Virus record (IMG/VR): IMGVR_UViG_3300027805_000010
Span: 14,610 to 78,609 of that record
Length of the DNA stretch: 64,000 bases
Reading direction: 5' to 3' (one strand)
DNA from: a virus
How positions within the stretch are numbered: the first letter of the stretch is position 1; each line of letters opens with the position of its first letter. A program made the position numbers and the translations under genes. Positions 8,123 to 22,962 of this stretch are shown one piece after another. The notes beneath the pieces were generated by a model, which saw nothing but the letters and a program-made list of their open reading frames with translations, did not search any database and had not been told where the DNA came from.

Positions 8123-8506
8123 TCATAAACCTAAATCATCTTTAACAAAATAATGAGCTATATTCCAAGCTTCTTCAGGAGACATACCATGTTGGAGTTT
8201 TAAAACTTTCATTATAGCTCTCTCTACATACTCGTGCATTATTACTCTTTTAATATCACTTGAAGGTGTTTTGTCTGATATAAATATCTCATCTTCAGGT
8301 ATATGAAAGCTTTTTTTACCATAATGATGACTACCTAAATAATCATTCCACACTGGGTATTGTCTACTTAAAATGGATGAATCAATTAAATATACTTTGA
8401 TTCCATCTATAGTAGTTAGTAGTTGTTTTTTGTATAAAATAGAGCTTAAATTCTGCTCGTTTAAGTTATTCTCAACTAAGAATTCGTCATAAGACAGCAA
8501 TTGCAT
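8123..8506 (-). CDS. Hypothetical protein (HExxE motif), internal-head-protein-like leader
   Basis: Leader MQLLSYDEFLVENNLNE; HEYVE...AH possible metal site. Confidence 0.6.
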   Translation of the reverse strand: MQLLSYDEFLVENNLNEQNLSSILYKKQLLTTIDGIKVYLIDSSILSRQYPVWNDYLGSHHYGKKSFHIPEDEIFISDKTPSSDIKRVIMHEYVERAIMKVLKLQHGMSPEEAWNIAHYFVKDDLGL

Positions 8507-8524
8507 ACTATAACTTGATTTTTT

Positions 8525-8532
8525 TATATATT
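8525..8532 (-). promoter_or_regulatory. Putative late promoter AATATATA (minus strand)
   Basis: GAATATATAAAAAAA upstream of the start at 8506. Confidence 0.5.
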
Positions 8533-8540
8533 CATTTCAT

Positions 8541-8567
8541 AAACTAAGTACCATGAATACATATAAT
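8541..8567 (+). promoter_or_regulatory. Putative second-class promoter AAACTAAGT-N9-ACATATAAT
   Basis: Shares AAACTAAGT and the downstream ATATAAT with the two copies flanking groES. Confidence 0.5.
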
Positions 8568-8581
8568 AATAAACATAGAAT

Positions 8582-8791
8582 ATGAACGATTTTCATAAGA
8601 CCGTAATGGGTCAAAAATTTTACACAGCTGACTTACCGAGGTTGATCACTGTATTGGAAAAGATTGCAACTAAAATGGAAGAGTCAAATAAGCTTGACGA
8701 AAAGCGCTTTAAGTTGGAAGAAAAGTTAATGAGGCGACAATTACGCGAACTTAATGAAGATTTAGACGCAACAAATACTGGCGCTAGGTAA
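8582..8791 (+). CDS. Hypothetical coiled-coil protein
   Basis: FHKT.MG.KFY..DLP.L motif then coiled coil; overlaps next start (TAATG). Confidence 0.65.
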   Translation: MNDFHKTVMGQKFYTADLPRLITVLEKIATKMEESNKLDEKRFKLEEKLMRRQLRELNEDLDATNTGAR

Positions 8792-9057
8792 TGAAGGTTA
8801 AGAATGTAACTAGGGAAGAATACATGAAAGCACTGTCCAAGTGGCAGCGTTGTTACATGAAGAAACCCAAGTCTTGGCAAAAGGTATGGATGTGGTGGGA
8901 AAAGGATAAAAATGATCCAAAGGAACAATGGTTTATGAACATTGCTAGATCAACTAGAACCGGAATAGAAGAGTCGGTTTGGATAACCGCAAAGGATGTT
9001 GAACATTGGATCGGTTACATGGATAGAGAAGGCTACAAATATCATATTGATGAATAA
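8791..9057 (+). CDS. Hypothetical Trp-rich protein
   Basis: Translationally coupled ORF in the operon. Confidence 0.6.
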   Translation: MKVKNVTREEYMKALSKWQRCYMKKPKSWQKVWMWWEKDKNDPKEQWFMNIARSTRTGIEESVWITAKDVEHWIGYMDREGYKYHIDE

Positions 9058-9394
9058 TCTAGTTTATGCATTTATTCTCTTTTCGGTTGGACAAGCTATT
9101 ATATGGATTCAATCAAATGGACAGTTCCTTTGGCCTTGGTGGAAAAACAATCCTCTTTTAGTATCATTTACATTAGGCGGTATTGCAAGTTATATTTTTA
9201 TAAAAGCAACATATTATACATATACATATTTTGATAATACACTTTGGCCAGGTAGGTTTATTGGTTTTGCAAGTGGTATACTTGTATTTGCATTGCTAAC
9301 ATGGTTACTAATGAATGAAGGTATTAATACCAAGACTGTTGTTTCTTTATGTTTAGCAACAGCTTTATTAGCAGTACAAATATTTTGGAAATGA
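9050..9394 (+). CDS. Small 4-TM membrane protein (DMT/SMR-like)
   Basis: Start moved to ATG 9050; four hydrophobic segments in ~114 aa. Confidence 0.6.
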   Translation: MNNLVYAFILFSVGQAIIWIQSNGQFLWPWWKNNPLLVSFTLGGIASYIFIKATYYTYTYFDNTLWPGRFIGFASGILVFALLTWLLMNEGINTKTVVSLCLATALLAVQIFWK

Positions 9395-10218
9395 AAGACC
9401 CATATAAAGTATTAGGATTAGAAAGATCAGCATCTGACGATGAGATTAAAAAGACTTATCGTAAATTGGCAATGGAACATCACCCGGACCGGACGGGTGG
9501 CGACGATTCAAGATTTAAGGAAATAGCCGAGGCATATGATATCTTAGGAGATCCAAAAAAGAAAGCCCAGTGGCATACACAGTCAAAATTTGCAGGTGGC
9601 GGATCTTTCCAATTTGATGATCAACTGTTTGAAGACTTTTTAAAGAATCATGGATTCTCTGAGGCGTTTAATGCTAGGTATGGCTATTCTCAAAACGGGA
9701 AGGGTACTAATGTTAATGCACAGATACAGATAACTTTAGAAGAAGCATATTTCGGTACTCGTAGAGAATTACGAATAGGTATGAGAACTGTTGCCGTATC
9801 AATAGAACCTGGTATTATGAATGGTCAAAGACTTAAGTTAAAAGGTCTTGGGCAAAAAGGAATGACCGAAGAACTAAACGGAGATCTAATTCTTACAGTC
9901 AATATATTGGACCACCTTGACTATATGATAGACAATAGAGGCTTACATAAGATACACCGTGTTGGTGTTTTTGATGCAATGCTAGGTGGCAAATCATCAA
10001 TAGATATTTTTGATAAGAAAATTAATTTCACTATTCCACAGGGTACCCAGAATGGAATGGTGTTAAGAATACAAGGAAAAGGATTTCCTATTTATAATCA
10101 GCCTGAAAAATATGGAGATCTCTATGTAAATGTTCTGGTTGAATTACCAAAGGAACTTAATGAAGATGAAATTAATCTTATTAGACAAGTTAAAGATATG
10201 ATAGATGGAAGAAAATAA
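9391..10218 (+). CDS. dnaJ: DnaJ class II / CbpA-like co-chaperone
   Basis: Start at ATG 9391 (MKDPYKVLG); J-domain HPD motif, G/F-rich region, C-terminal domain (GQRLKLKGLG, GDLYV); no zinc finger. Confidence 0.92.
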   Translation: MKDPYKVLGLERSASDDEIKKTYRKLAMEHHPDRTGGDDSRFKEIAEAYDILGDPKKKAQWHTQSKFAGGGSFQFDDQLFEDFLKNHGFSEAFNARYGYSQNGKGTNVNAQIQITLEEAYFGTRRELRIGMRTVAVSIEPGIMNGQRLKLKGLGQKGMTEELNGDLILTVNILDHLDYMIDNRGLHKIHRVGVFDAMLGGKSSIDIFDKKINFTIPQGTQNGMVLRIQGKGFPIYNQPEKYGDLYVNVLVELPKELNEDEINLIRQVKDMIDGRK

Positions 10219-10456
10219 AAGACCTAAAATAATTATACTTGGATTAGGAGAACTTGCCCATGAAGAGTTTATGGAAGTATTCTACAACCTGATAATTTCT
10301 TCGCCCGAAGATATATTAGGCTATGATGAAACACCTGAACATAAGATAGCAAAACTAAATCATTTGCTTGAATTTTTTGAGGAACGTGAACAGTACGAAA
10401 AATGCGCAAAGATTAAAGATATACAAGAACTCATAAAAGACAATACCAATGAATAA
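10205..10456 (+). CDS. Small protein with UVR (UvrB/C) coiled-coil motif
   Basis: FEEREQYEKCAKIKD motif. Confidence 0.6.
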   Translation: MEENKRPKIIILGLGELAHEEFMEVFYNLIISSPEDILGYDETPEHKIAKLNHLLEFFEEREQYEKCAKIKDIQELIKDNTNE

Positions 10457-10910
10457 GGAAGATGAATTAAAGAAAACATTGTTAGGCATACTTGGCGAAA
10501 AGATTGTTGCAAAGTACCTTAGAGATTGTGGTCATAGTGTTAATGAATCTCTCTATATGTTTGATTCCACAAAAGACCTTGATGTTGATGGCGAAATGGT
10601 AGAAGTAAAAACGCAAGTACCTTTTCTTATTTATGATTCATTTGCAGTAAGTATCAATCAGATGAATAAAATTCAAAACTCACATAGGGTGTATTGGGTG
10701 AGTGTGCCACCAAGCAAGGTAAATGATGTTATGAGTGGATTTGTATTTGAAATGGATCCTAAGGTTGCAACAAGTTTTATGCATAGGTTAAAAACTGGTA
10801 GAGAAGTAATGTGCTTTAAAAGAAACCAGGAAGGTATGAAAATTGTATATCAGATAAAAGATCAAAAACTCCTAAAACACTTACAGGAATTATCCACAAG
10901 TTACCTATAA
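10449..10910 (+). CDS. Putative PD-(D/E)xK nuclease
   Basis: LGEKIVA helix, D.DVDG, VEVKTQ. Confidence 0.55.
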   Translation: MNKEDELKKTLLGILGEKIVAKYLRDCGHSVNESLYMFDSTKDLDVDGEMVEVKTQVPFLIYDSFAVSINQMNKIQNSHRVYWVSVPPSKVNDVMSGFVFEMDPKVATSFMHRLKTGREVMCFKRNQEGMKIVYQIKDQKLLKHLQELSTSYL

Positions 10911-11008
10911 ACTTTTTTCTCTCTAGAGTGAAAAAAGTTGGTGAAATATTTTTTTATCCCAAAAAATTGTATTAAATTTATACTATAAATTAATTAATAC
11001 AATATACT
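10909..11008 (+). promoter_or_regulatory. Early-promoter cassette, diverged copy C
   Basis: AACTTTTTTC/GAAAAAAGTT hairpin, ATCCCAA core, TTTT-N19-TAAATTTA (10973-10980). Confidence 0.6.
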
Positions 11009-11428
11009 ATGATTAACAACGTACAATACCTAATTCAGAAATACGCTGAAGCCCGTGAGAACATGAACCAACCAGGATCTGCTACCGAATATTGGAAAGG
11101 ATCAATGGACACTTACCATTCATTACTTATTTTAGGATTCAATGACTGGGCATTACCAGGGTCGGTAGGATACTATGTATTTTACGAAGGTATGAATTAT
11201 GATTCTGCTTTAGGTAAAGTAGAGAGAGAAAGAGAATCCATTAATGATCAATCCGAAGACATGGAACAGTTCAATACAAAGGAAGAGATTGTGGAACTCT
11301 TAGTTAAAAGATGCGGTATGAAAAGATCCACTTTTTACAACACCGATACTAATAAGCAACGTGAAAAACACTGGACCTTTAATAGAACCCTTAATTTTTA
11401 CATGGGGTTAAAGAACCAGAATTGTTAA
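11009..11428 (+). CDS. Hypothetical protein (own early promoter)
   Basis: 139-aa ORF between two promoter cassettes. Confidence 0.6.
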   Translation: MINNVQYLIQKYAEARENMNQPGSATEYWKGSMDTYHSLLILGFNDWALPGSVGYYVFYEGMNYDSALGKVERERESINDQSEDMEQFNTKEEIVELLVKRCGMKRSTFYNTDTNKQREKHWTFNRTLNFYMGLKNQNC

Positions 11429-11517
11429 TAACTTTTTTCATATTGGGAGAAAAAAGTTAGAGAAAAATTTTCAAATCCCAATTATTTGTATTATATTTAT
11501 ATAAAATTAAACGGTAT
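11421..11517 (+). promoter_or_regulatory. Early-promoter cassette, copy B
   Basis: Near-identical to 5043-5138; TTTC 11469-11472, TATATTTA 11492-11499. Confidence 0.7.
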
Positions 11518-12822
11518 ATGGAAAACCTTACAAAAGATCTAAACTACTTACAATCATTCCTGGATGAAATGAACGCATCATCTTCAGGGAATCATAAGAT
11601 TGCAACAATTCGTAAACATGCTGATAATGAATTCCTTAAGAAGGTTTTCTATTATACATACAATCCTTTCAAAAAGTACGGTGTGCATACCAAGGTTCTA
11701 CTAAAGAACTCGCATCTAACTGCACCTGAAAATATCTATTCCGATTTATTCCAATTGTTGGATAACCTGGCTGATAACAATTTAACCGGGCATGCTGCTA
11801 TCCAAGCAGTAAATACATTCGTAAATGAATTGCCATCTGACTTACAAAAATTGGTACACTTTATCTTAGACCGCGATCTTCGTATGGGTGCATCAATTAC
11901 ATCGGTACTTAAGGTACATCCTAATATCATACCTACATTTAAGGTTGCACTCGCACACCCATACTCGCCAACCCGTGTAAACTTCGGAACTGAGGAATGG
12001 TACGGTTCTCGTAAACTCGATGGCGTCCGTTGTATCTGTCGCAAGGAAGGTAATTCTGTAACTTTTTATTCAAGAAACGGTAAAGAATTTGAAACACTAG
12101 GTCGTATTGCCGAAGACATTAAACAGATCCCTGGTAATTTTATCCTAGATGGAGAAGTCTGTATGGTTGACCAAAATGGTAAAGAAGACTTCCAAGGTAT
12201 TATGAAGGAGATTCGCCGTAAGGATCATACAATTCAAAATCCTAAGTTCTTGGTATTTGACTGTCTTACCATTGAGGAATTTGATAATCATAAAGGTACT
12301 GATAAATTGGCTGACCGTTTACAACGTCCTACTATGAACAGTATTCTAAACGGAGAATTTAACACTCTTACTATTGTTGAACAGATCCGTATCAATACCG
12401 AAGAGGAATTTACCGAAATGGCTAAGGATGCCGAAATTAACGGTTATGAAGGTATCATGGTTCGTAAGAACATTGGTTATGAAGGTACCCGTTCACATAG
12501 CCTCTTAAAGGTGAAAAAATTCCATGATGCAGAATACACGGTTTTAGAATGTGTAAACGGTACAATTCGTTGGACTGAAAATGGCCAACAAGTTGAAAAG
12601 GAATGTTTAAGCAGTATCATTATTGAACATAAAGGTTACCGTGTATCGGTAGGATCTGGATTTTCCAAGGAACAACGAGAATATTACTTAAACCGCCACA
12701 ATGAATTGGTAGGTAAAACTGTAACGGTTCAATACTTTGAGGAATCTCAAAATCAAATGGGTGGTTACTCATTAAGATTCCCTGTTGTGAAACATATATA
12801 TACAAATGGTAGAGATTGTTAA
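11518..12822 (+). CDS. lig: ATP-dependent DNA ligase (T4 gp30-like)
   Basis: RKLDGVR (KxDG), LDGEV, VFD, EGIMVR, LLKVK, VGSGFS, SLRFPV motifs. Confidence 0.95.
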   Translation: MENLTKDLNYLQSFLDEMNASSSGNHKIATIRKHADNEFLKKVFYYTYNPFKKYGVHTKVLLKNSHLTAPENIYSDLFQLLDNLADNNLTGHAAIQAVNTFVNELPSDLQKLVHFILDRDLRMGASITSVLKVHPNIIPTFKVALAHPYSPTRVNFGTEEWYGSRKLDGVRCICRKEGNSVTFYSRNGKEFETLGRIAEDIKQIPGNFILDGEVCMVDQNGKEDFQGIMKEIRRKDHTIQNPKFLVFDCLTIEEFDNHKGTDKLADRLQRPTMNSILNGEFNTLTIVEQIRINTEEEFTEMAKDAEINGYEGIMVRKNIGYEGTRSHSLLKVKKFHDAEYTVLECVNGTIRWTENGQQVEKECLSSIIIEHKGYRVSVGSGFSKEQREYYLNRHNELVGKTVTVQYFEESQNQMGGYSLRFPVVKHIYTNGRDC

Positions 12823-12884
12823 TCCAGTCTCTATCAAAACTCACCTCTAGTGCGGAGAAAATAGATTAACGATAATTACCATAT

Positions 12885-13472
12885 ATGATGTTATATGAAA
12901 GCTTTAGGAATAACAAACACATCACAGTATTTGATGTAGATGATACTCTTGTTGTTACACAGAGTAAAATCAAAGTAAGCAATCCACAGACCGGCTTCTA
13001 TAAAGAATTAACACCGCAAGATTTTAATGAATTTGAAAGAAGAGAAAACGATGAAATGGATTTTTCTGATTTTAAAGATTTAGATATTCTTAAAGCTGGT
13101 CGTATCATTGAATGGGTGTTTGATATTCTAAAGAGAACAATATCAAAAGGAGACCCGGTTGGAATTATTACTGCACGCGACGATTCAAAACTTATATACG
13201 ATTTTCTCTACCACCACGGTGTGAGAATTGACCCAGCCTATATCTTTGCAATTAATGATCCTAAGTCAGAGTTTAGTGGATCTATTGCAGAAAGAAAAAA
13301 GCAAGCCTTTGTTAAACTTATCGAACAAGGATTTAGAAACTTTACATTTTTTGATGATGATAAAGAAAACATTAAAATCGCAAAAAGTTTAACTAAAGAA
13401 TTCCCTGACATCAAAATGGATGCCACTTTAATTAAGAAGAAATGGATACCAAAATTCAACGACTGGAGTTAA
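12885..13472 (+). CDS. HAD-superfamily phosphatase
   Basis: FDVDDTL, IITAR, K, FFDD motifs. Confidence 0.75.
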   Translation: MMLYESFRNNKHITVFDVDDTLVVTQSKIKVSNPQTGFYKELTPQDFNEFERRENDEMDFSDFKDLDILKAGRIIEWVFDILKRTISKGDPVGIITARDDSKLIYDFLYHHGVRIDPAYIFAINDPKSEFSGSIAERKKQAFVKLIEQGFRNFTFFDDDKENIKIAKSLTKEFPDIKMDATLIKKKWIPKFNDWS

Positions 13473-13915
13473 AGATCAATACTTTTATTGATATTTTGCT
13501 TAGCATAAAAAATCTATCAAACTCATCCACTACAAAAGTAGGGTGTATGACTCTTAAAAGGGACTTTAGTAAAATAGCCAGTTTTGGTTATAACGGTTCT
13601 TACAGCGGAGCACAAATGAATCCAGAAACAGGCACCGAAGAAGAATCATTAATACCAGGAGAAAGTGGATTTATACATGCCGAGGTTAATATGATTGCAA
13701 AATTTAAAGAATATGATCCTGAAAACTACATCGTACTCTTAACTCTTTCACCGTGTAAAATGTGCACTAAGATTCTGGTCAATGCAGGGTTTAAACACGT
13801 GTATTGGATAGATGAATACCGAGATACTTCTCATCTTACAATCCTGAATGATTGCGGTATTACAAATGGTAACATCAAAGATCTTATAAATAACTACCAG
13901 CAGATTAAAGGGTGA
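13442..13915 (+). CDS. dCMP deaminase
   Basis: KVGC, GYNG, HAEVN, SPCKMC zinc-deaminase motifs. Confidence 0.9.
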   Translation: MDTKIQRLELKINTFIDILLSIKNLSNSSTTKVGCMTLKRDFSKIASFGYNGSYSGAQMNPETGTEEESLIPGESGFIHAEVNMIAKFKEYDPENYIVLLTLSPCKMCTKILVNAGFKHVYWIDEYRDTSHLTILNDCGITNGNIKDLINNYQQIKG

Positions 13916-13940
13916 ATATATACAAAAAAGTATAGTCACC

Positions 13941-14516
13941 TTGATAGTTGAAGCCTTATCATTTAAATTAGCATTAGATTTTTTACAATATCTTAAAAAG
14001 AACAGAATTAATACTACAGGTATTAAGATTATGTTCTGGGATAGAATCAATAATGAATTTATTACATATGAAGATGTTAATACAATGTCTTTATACTTTG
14101 ACACACAATACAAGCTTATTGATAATTGTGTGTTAGGATCTTTATGTTCGCTTGAACTTTTTAGCGGTGTAAGTGACCTGTATGATTTTACTACTGAATA
14201 CACTGCAAGTAATATCACAGGTTCATACAAACTCACATCAGGCTCACAATATGATCGTCAACGAAATAGTCAAAGAAGTATATTTACAGATAGACAGATT
14301 TCTTTTATCAATCAATCGGTAGGAGAGTACTTAAAATTCTATAATGAAATTCGTCGTATTTATGTAACTGGGATTTATTCTCCATGTTATGCAGAACCGG
14401 GTTGGAGTCAAAATACATGGTACCTAAGTTCATTAAGAAAAGGGCTACTTGAGATTAGAGGAAATAAGCAATTTCCATACAAGGGTGTTAAGATAGAGAA
14501 AGATCCTCCTGCTTAA
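13941..14516 (+). CDS. Hypothetical protein (late)
   Basis: TTG start after AATATATA (13915-13922); 191 aa. Confidence 0.6.
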   Translation: MIVEALSFKLALDFLQYLKKNRINTTGIKIMFWDRINNEFITYEDVNTMSLYFDTQYKLIDNCVLGSLCSLELFSGVSDLYDFTTEYTASNITGSYKLTSGSQYDRQRNSQRSIFTDRQISFINQSVGEYLKFYNEIRRIYVTGIYSPCYAEPGWSQNTWYLSSLRKGLLEIRGNKQFPYKGVKIEKDPPA

Positions 14517-14544
14517 GAAAATAAATAAAAAAAGATACTAGATA

Positions 14545-16494
14545 ATGGCATTTAATTTACAAGAATATATTCTCTTTAGAACCGAAATAGGTAGAGAACT
14601 GTTCAATGCTGAAGTTGATACGAACTTCAGAATGGTTGCTAATCCTTGGGTTAATGACAGGGTGTATGACGAAGGAAATATTGTATATCATCCAGTTGAG
14701 GTTGATAGCCCAACAGGAAACAGTGGTACAACCAGCGGACCTGAGCAGGTTCTGGCGTGGTGGAGAGCCAATCAAAGAACAACATTAGGTACATTTGATA
14801 CAAATGAATGGGACTTAATTGGTGGAATTGGTACAGGAGACATTACAGTTGGTGCTCAACCAGGATTTGGTAAAATTAGAGTAAATTACACCGGAACAAT
14901 TGGATCATGGCAAGCTGGTAACAATGCCTTATTAAATGCGCCTACGCCTGATGCAACAGTAAACCTTGTTGCAGGTAGTGGTATGAGTTTACAATATGAT
15001 GTTACTACAAATTCAATTAGACTTATTAATACAGGATCACAAGGCGAAGTAAACCAAGGGATAAACATAGGTACTGGTTTGGCAGTTTTTGCTGGTATGA
15101 GTGGTACCGATTTAACTTTTAAAGGACTAGGCGTTTCAGTATCAAGTAGTCCAGCATTATCTATTTCTACCGATGCATTTAATAATGTGGTATATCGATT
15201 AGACGAAGGTCAAATTAATTTATCAAATCTAAATAATGGTCAACCTACAGCAGATTTGTTATATGATGTAACATATGTAGGTGGCGGACCAACTAATAAT
15301 GATATTCTTCAGTGGAATGCTTCGAGCAATAGTTGGAGAAACGTTTCATTAACAACGGCAGGTGCACAAGGTCCTACTGGAGCAATTGGTGCAACTGGAG
15401 CGCAAGGCTTTACCGGAGCAACCGGTTCTGGTGCAACTGGCAGTATAGGTTTTACTGGTGCAACTGGAAATCAAGGATTTACTGGTTCAACTGGTTCAGG
15501 TTTTACCGGAGCCACTGGAATCGGAGCAACTGGTGCAACTGGAAATCAAGGATTTACTGGTTCAACTGGATTAGGTTTTACTGGAGCAACTGGGATTGGA
15601 GCAACTGGTGCAACTGGAAATCAAGGATTTACTGGTTCAACTGGATTAGGCTCTACTGGAGCAACCGGACCACAAGGAGATATTGGTGCGACTGGTTCAG
15701 GCTCTATTGGAGCAACTGGGCTTGGGGCAACCGGAGCAACCGGAGCAACTGGATCACAAGGAAATATCGGTTCAACTGGACTTGGTTCAACTGGCGCAAC
15801 TGGACCAGGTTCTACTGGAGCAACTGGACCACAAGGAAATATTGGTGCAACTGGCGCCGGTAGCGGTGGTACCTCTACTATATACAATACAGTTTCTCGC
15901 TACCAGGCATTTGTAAGTGGTGACATTGAATGTTGGTTACTTTCAAGTGCCACAGTTAACACTGGTTTATCTTGGACAAGAACAAGTACCACTCTAACAA
16001 TTACGCGTAACAGTCATGGTCATGCAAATGGTGATACTGTCATAATAAGAAATGCAAACCAGGATAATTTCTATGGAGTCGTTTCTAATGCGGCTACAAA
16101 CACATTTGATGTAACCACTGCCGACACGGGAGCAACATCAGGTTCTGCTGCAGGTTATTCTTTAGGATTTAAGGTTACTTCTGCAACAGCAACGGTATTA
16201 ACCATAGCAGCACCGACCGGAGGTGATGTACAACTATTAGGAGTTTTGTATGCCACTGGGTCAAGAGGTGGTGCCACAACTTTAGCCGTTACGGTACCCG
16301 CATCGGCGACTAATGGAGCAGGAGCTGATAGTGTAGCACAAAATACATTCTTTCCTATAATCAGAGGTCATTTAGTAGGAGGAGCTATTATATCCGCTTT
16401 GTCCATGACATTAACGGCTGGCCCAAACCATAATATATTTAATTTAGCTTCATTAAATTCAACCGCTAGCTGTTTGATAAGACTAGACTTTTAA
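14545..16494 (+). CDS. Collagen-like fibre protein
   Basis: N-terminal L..E.D.NF fibre motif, CBM5/12-like Trp motif (W...[10 protein letters not shown]...WWRA), G-x-T repeats, beta-rich C-terminal head (HGH..GDTV). Confidence 0.75.
   Translation: MAFNLQEYILFRTEIGRELFNAEVDTNFRMVANPWVNDRVYDEGNIVYHPVEVDSPTGNSGTTSGPEQVLAWWRANQRTTLGTFDTNEWDLIGGIGTGDITVGAQPGFGKIRVNYTGTIGSWQAGNNALLNAPTPDATVNLVAGSGMSLQYDVTTNSIRLINTGSQGEVNQGINIGTGLAVFAGMSGTDLTFKGLGVSVSSSPALSISTDAFNNVVYRLDEGQINLSNLNNGQPTADLLYDVTYVGGGPTNNDILQWNASSNSWRNVSLTTAGAQGPTGAIGATGAQGFTGATGSGATGSIGFTGATGNQGFTGSTGSGFTGATGIGATGATGNQGFTGSTGLGFTGATGIGATGATGNQGFTGSTGLGSTGATGPQGDIGATGSGSIGATGLGATGATGATGSQGNIGSTGLGSTGATGPGSTGATGPQGNIGATGAGSGGTSTIYNTVSRYQAFVSGDIECWLLSSATVNTGLSWTRTSTTLTITRNSHGHANGDTVIIRNANQDNFYGVVSNAATNTFDVTTADTGATSGSAAGYSLGFKVTSATATVLTIAAPTGGDVQLLGVLYATGSRGGATTLAVTVPASATNGAGADSVAQNTFFPIIRGHLVGGAIISALSMTLTAGPNHNIFNLASLNSTASCLIRLDF
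15361..15860 (+). repeat. Collagen-like G-X-T repeat block
   Basis: GAT/GST/GFT triplets with recurring [13 protein letters not shown] units. Confidence 0.9.
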
Positions 16495-16511
16495 AAAATT
16501 AATATACCCAA

Positions 16512-21281
<4,770 letters not shown>

Positions 21282-21330
21282 ACTAGTCATTCTTAAACTA
21301 TTTTTCTAATTGTCATATAAAAATAAAACT

Positions 21331-21855
21331 ATGGATAATAGTACCGGTACACAAGAGCTAACTTTACAATGGGTAAAGGGAGACAAAATAGGCAACATTG
21401 AAAAGGTATCATCACAGGATAACGAATGGACTATCTTTCAAAGTGGGTCAAGAATTTCAACTGGTCTTATTCATGAATTTATGATTCCTATTGAAGGAGA
21501 ACCTCTTAGTTTTGATCCAACACTGCCTGTATTAGAAGGTCCTACTGGTTCAGTTGGACCAGGACCTCATCCTGCAGGAATTTCAGAATCTGCTAAATCG
21601 GCAAAAGAAAATCCAATTAAGACTCTTTTTAATAAACAAAAGAAAACTGATAAGGTTGATCTTAAACTTTCATTTTCAATTAATGTACCAGCTAAAGATA
21701 TCTTTGATATTATAAGTATGACATTTGATGAAGAAGAAGTAATTACAGAACTTGATTCATTTATATCAAATCAAATTGATCCAAGTATTTTAAAGGATAC
21801 ATTAAGAACCTCAATTGAGGAACTTATTATCAATAGGTACAAACTTAACTCTTAA
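21331..21855 (+). CDS. Hypothetical protein
   Basis: ATG 21331 preferred to TTG 21310 (A-rich leader; AAAC-N16-ATATAA motif at 21295-21320). Confidence 0.65.
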   Translation: MDNSTGTQELTLQWVKGDKIGNIEKVSSQDNEWTIFQSGSRISTGLIHEFMIPIEGEPLSFDPTLPVLEGPTGSVGPGPHPAGISESAKSAKENPIKTLFNKQKKTDKVDLKLSFSINVPAKDIFDIISMTFDEEEVITELDSFISNQIDPSILKDTLRTSIEELIINRYKLNS

Positions 21856-21888
21856 TTTTTAAGATAATATATATTAAAATAACAAACT

Positions 21889-22248
21889 ATGACTAAAATT
21901 CCAACACGTAGAGAAAGAAGAGCGGCTATGAAATATCAAGGCGTTTTAAAAATGAAAAGTAAATTACCATTTTCTAAATGGTTAGAATTTACTAGGGAAT
22001 CTATTAAAAATGGCAATCAAATTTTTACAGCCAATCAAGAAGCAGTTGATAGATCTATCTCTGAACAACTTGAGGCCAAAGAATTAGTAATGATTGAAGG
22101 ATGGAAAGAAGCAGGACATACAGCCGAAGAAATTGAAAAACTTAGAGAAGCTTATGCAGCTCTTACCATAAGAGATCTTTCTACATGGCATACTGATAAA
22201 AAAGTAGCAAGAAATCTAATTAAAGAAGTTAATAAATCTAGAGCATAA
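21889..22248 (+). CDS. Hypothetical basic protein
   Basis: PTRRERR N-terminus; AATATATA at 21866. Confidence 0.65.
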   Translation: MTKIPTRRERRAAMKYQGVLKMKSKLPFSKWLEFTRESIKNGNQIFTANQEAVDRSISEQLEAKELVMIEGWKEAGHTAEEIEKLREAYAALTIRDLSTWHTDKKVARNLIKEVNKSRA

Positions 22249-22255
22249 AAGATAC

Positions 22256-22579
22256 ATGGTTAAAATTGCGCTTGAACCAGCTAAGAATGGAATAATTAAG
22301 AGAACCGTTGATGACAATCATGGGGGCGCTCGAGAACAATGGACTTCAACTGACGTATACGAAGAATCTGAAAAAGATAAACTTGGATATGTAATGAAGT
22401 TCTTTTTTGATTTATGCGAAGATCTTGGCGTTAACTTAGGTAGCAAATTTGATAAAGATGTTATTACAATACGAAAAGAATGGGGTACTCACTACGAACC
22501 AGGTAGTAAAGAACTCGAATCAAAAATAAAAGAACTTGAAGCCCAGCTTCAACTGCTTAAAGAATGTCGGAAATCTTAG
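22256..22579 (+). CDS. Hypothetical protein
   Basis: IALEPAKNGII start; C-terminal coiled coil. Confidence 0.65.
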   Translation: MVKIALEPAKNGIIKRTVDDNHGGAREQWTSTDVYEESEKDKLGYVMKFFFDLCEDLGVNLGSKFDKDVITIRKEWGTHYEPGSKELESKIKELEAQLQLLKECRKS

Positions 22580-22962
22580 AATTTTCTTTTATATACTCCA
22601 AAGATGCAGTAAAGATAAAAGCATTTCTGGGTTCAGTACCTAGAAGTATTGAGTGTATTAATTACATGGACATCTATAATAAGTTGTCTAAAAACGACTA
22701 TCTCCAGTCTGAACCATCTGACGCGGTTGTATCTTCTTATCTAATGAGACAGTTACAATCCACGGTTGATAGAAGTACCACAAGATCTTTATTCTATGTA
22801 CTAGGTGAATTGGATAAAGATGTTATTTGTGGGATTAAGGAATACGTGGAAACTTTAACCGAAAGAGAAATACATTATAAGATATATCATACACCTGAAG
22901 TAAATATAAATGGATCTTCTTTTCTATTCAATGAATCGGTTGAATTTGAAATTGATTTATAA
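22564..22962 (+). CDS. Hypothetical protein
   Basis: Overlapping ORF in operon. Confidence 0.6.
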   Translation: MSEILEFSFIYSKDAVKIKAFLGSVPRSIECINYMDIYNKLSKNDYLQSEPSDAVVSSYLMRQLQSTVDRSTTRSLFYVLGELDKDVICGIKEYVETLTEREIHYKIYHTPEVNINGSSFLFNESVEFEIDL

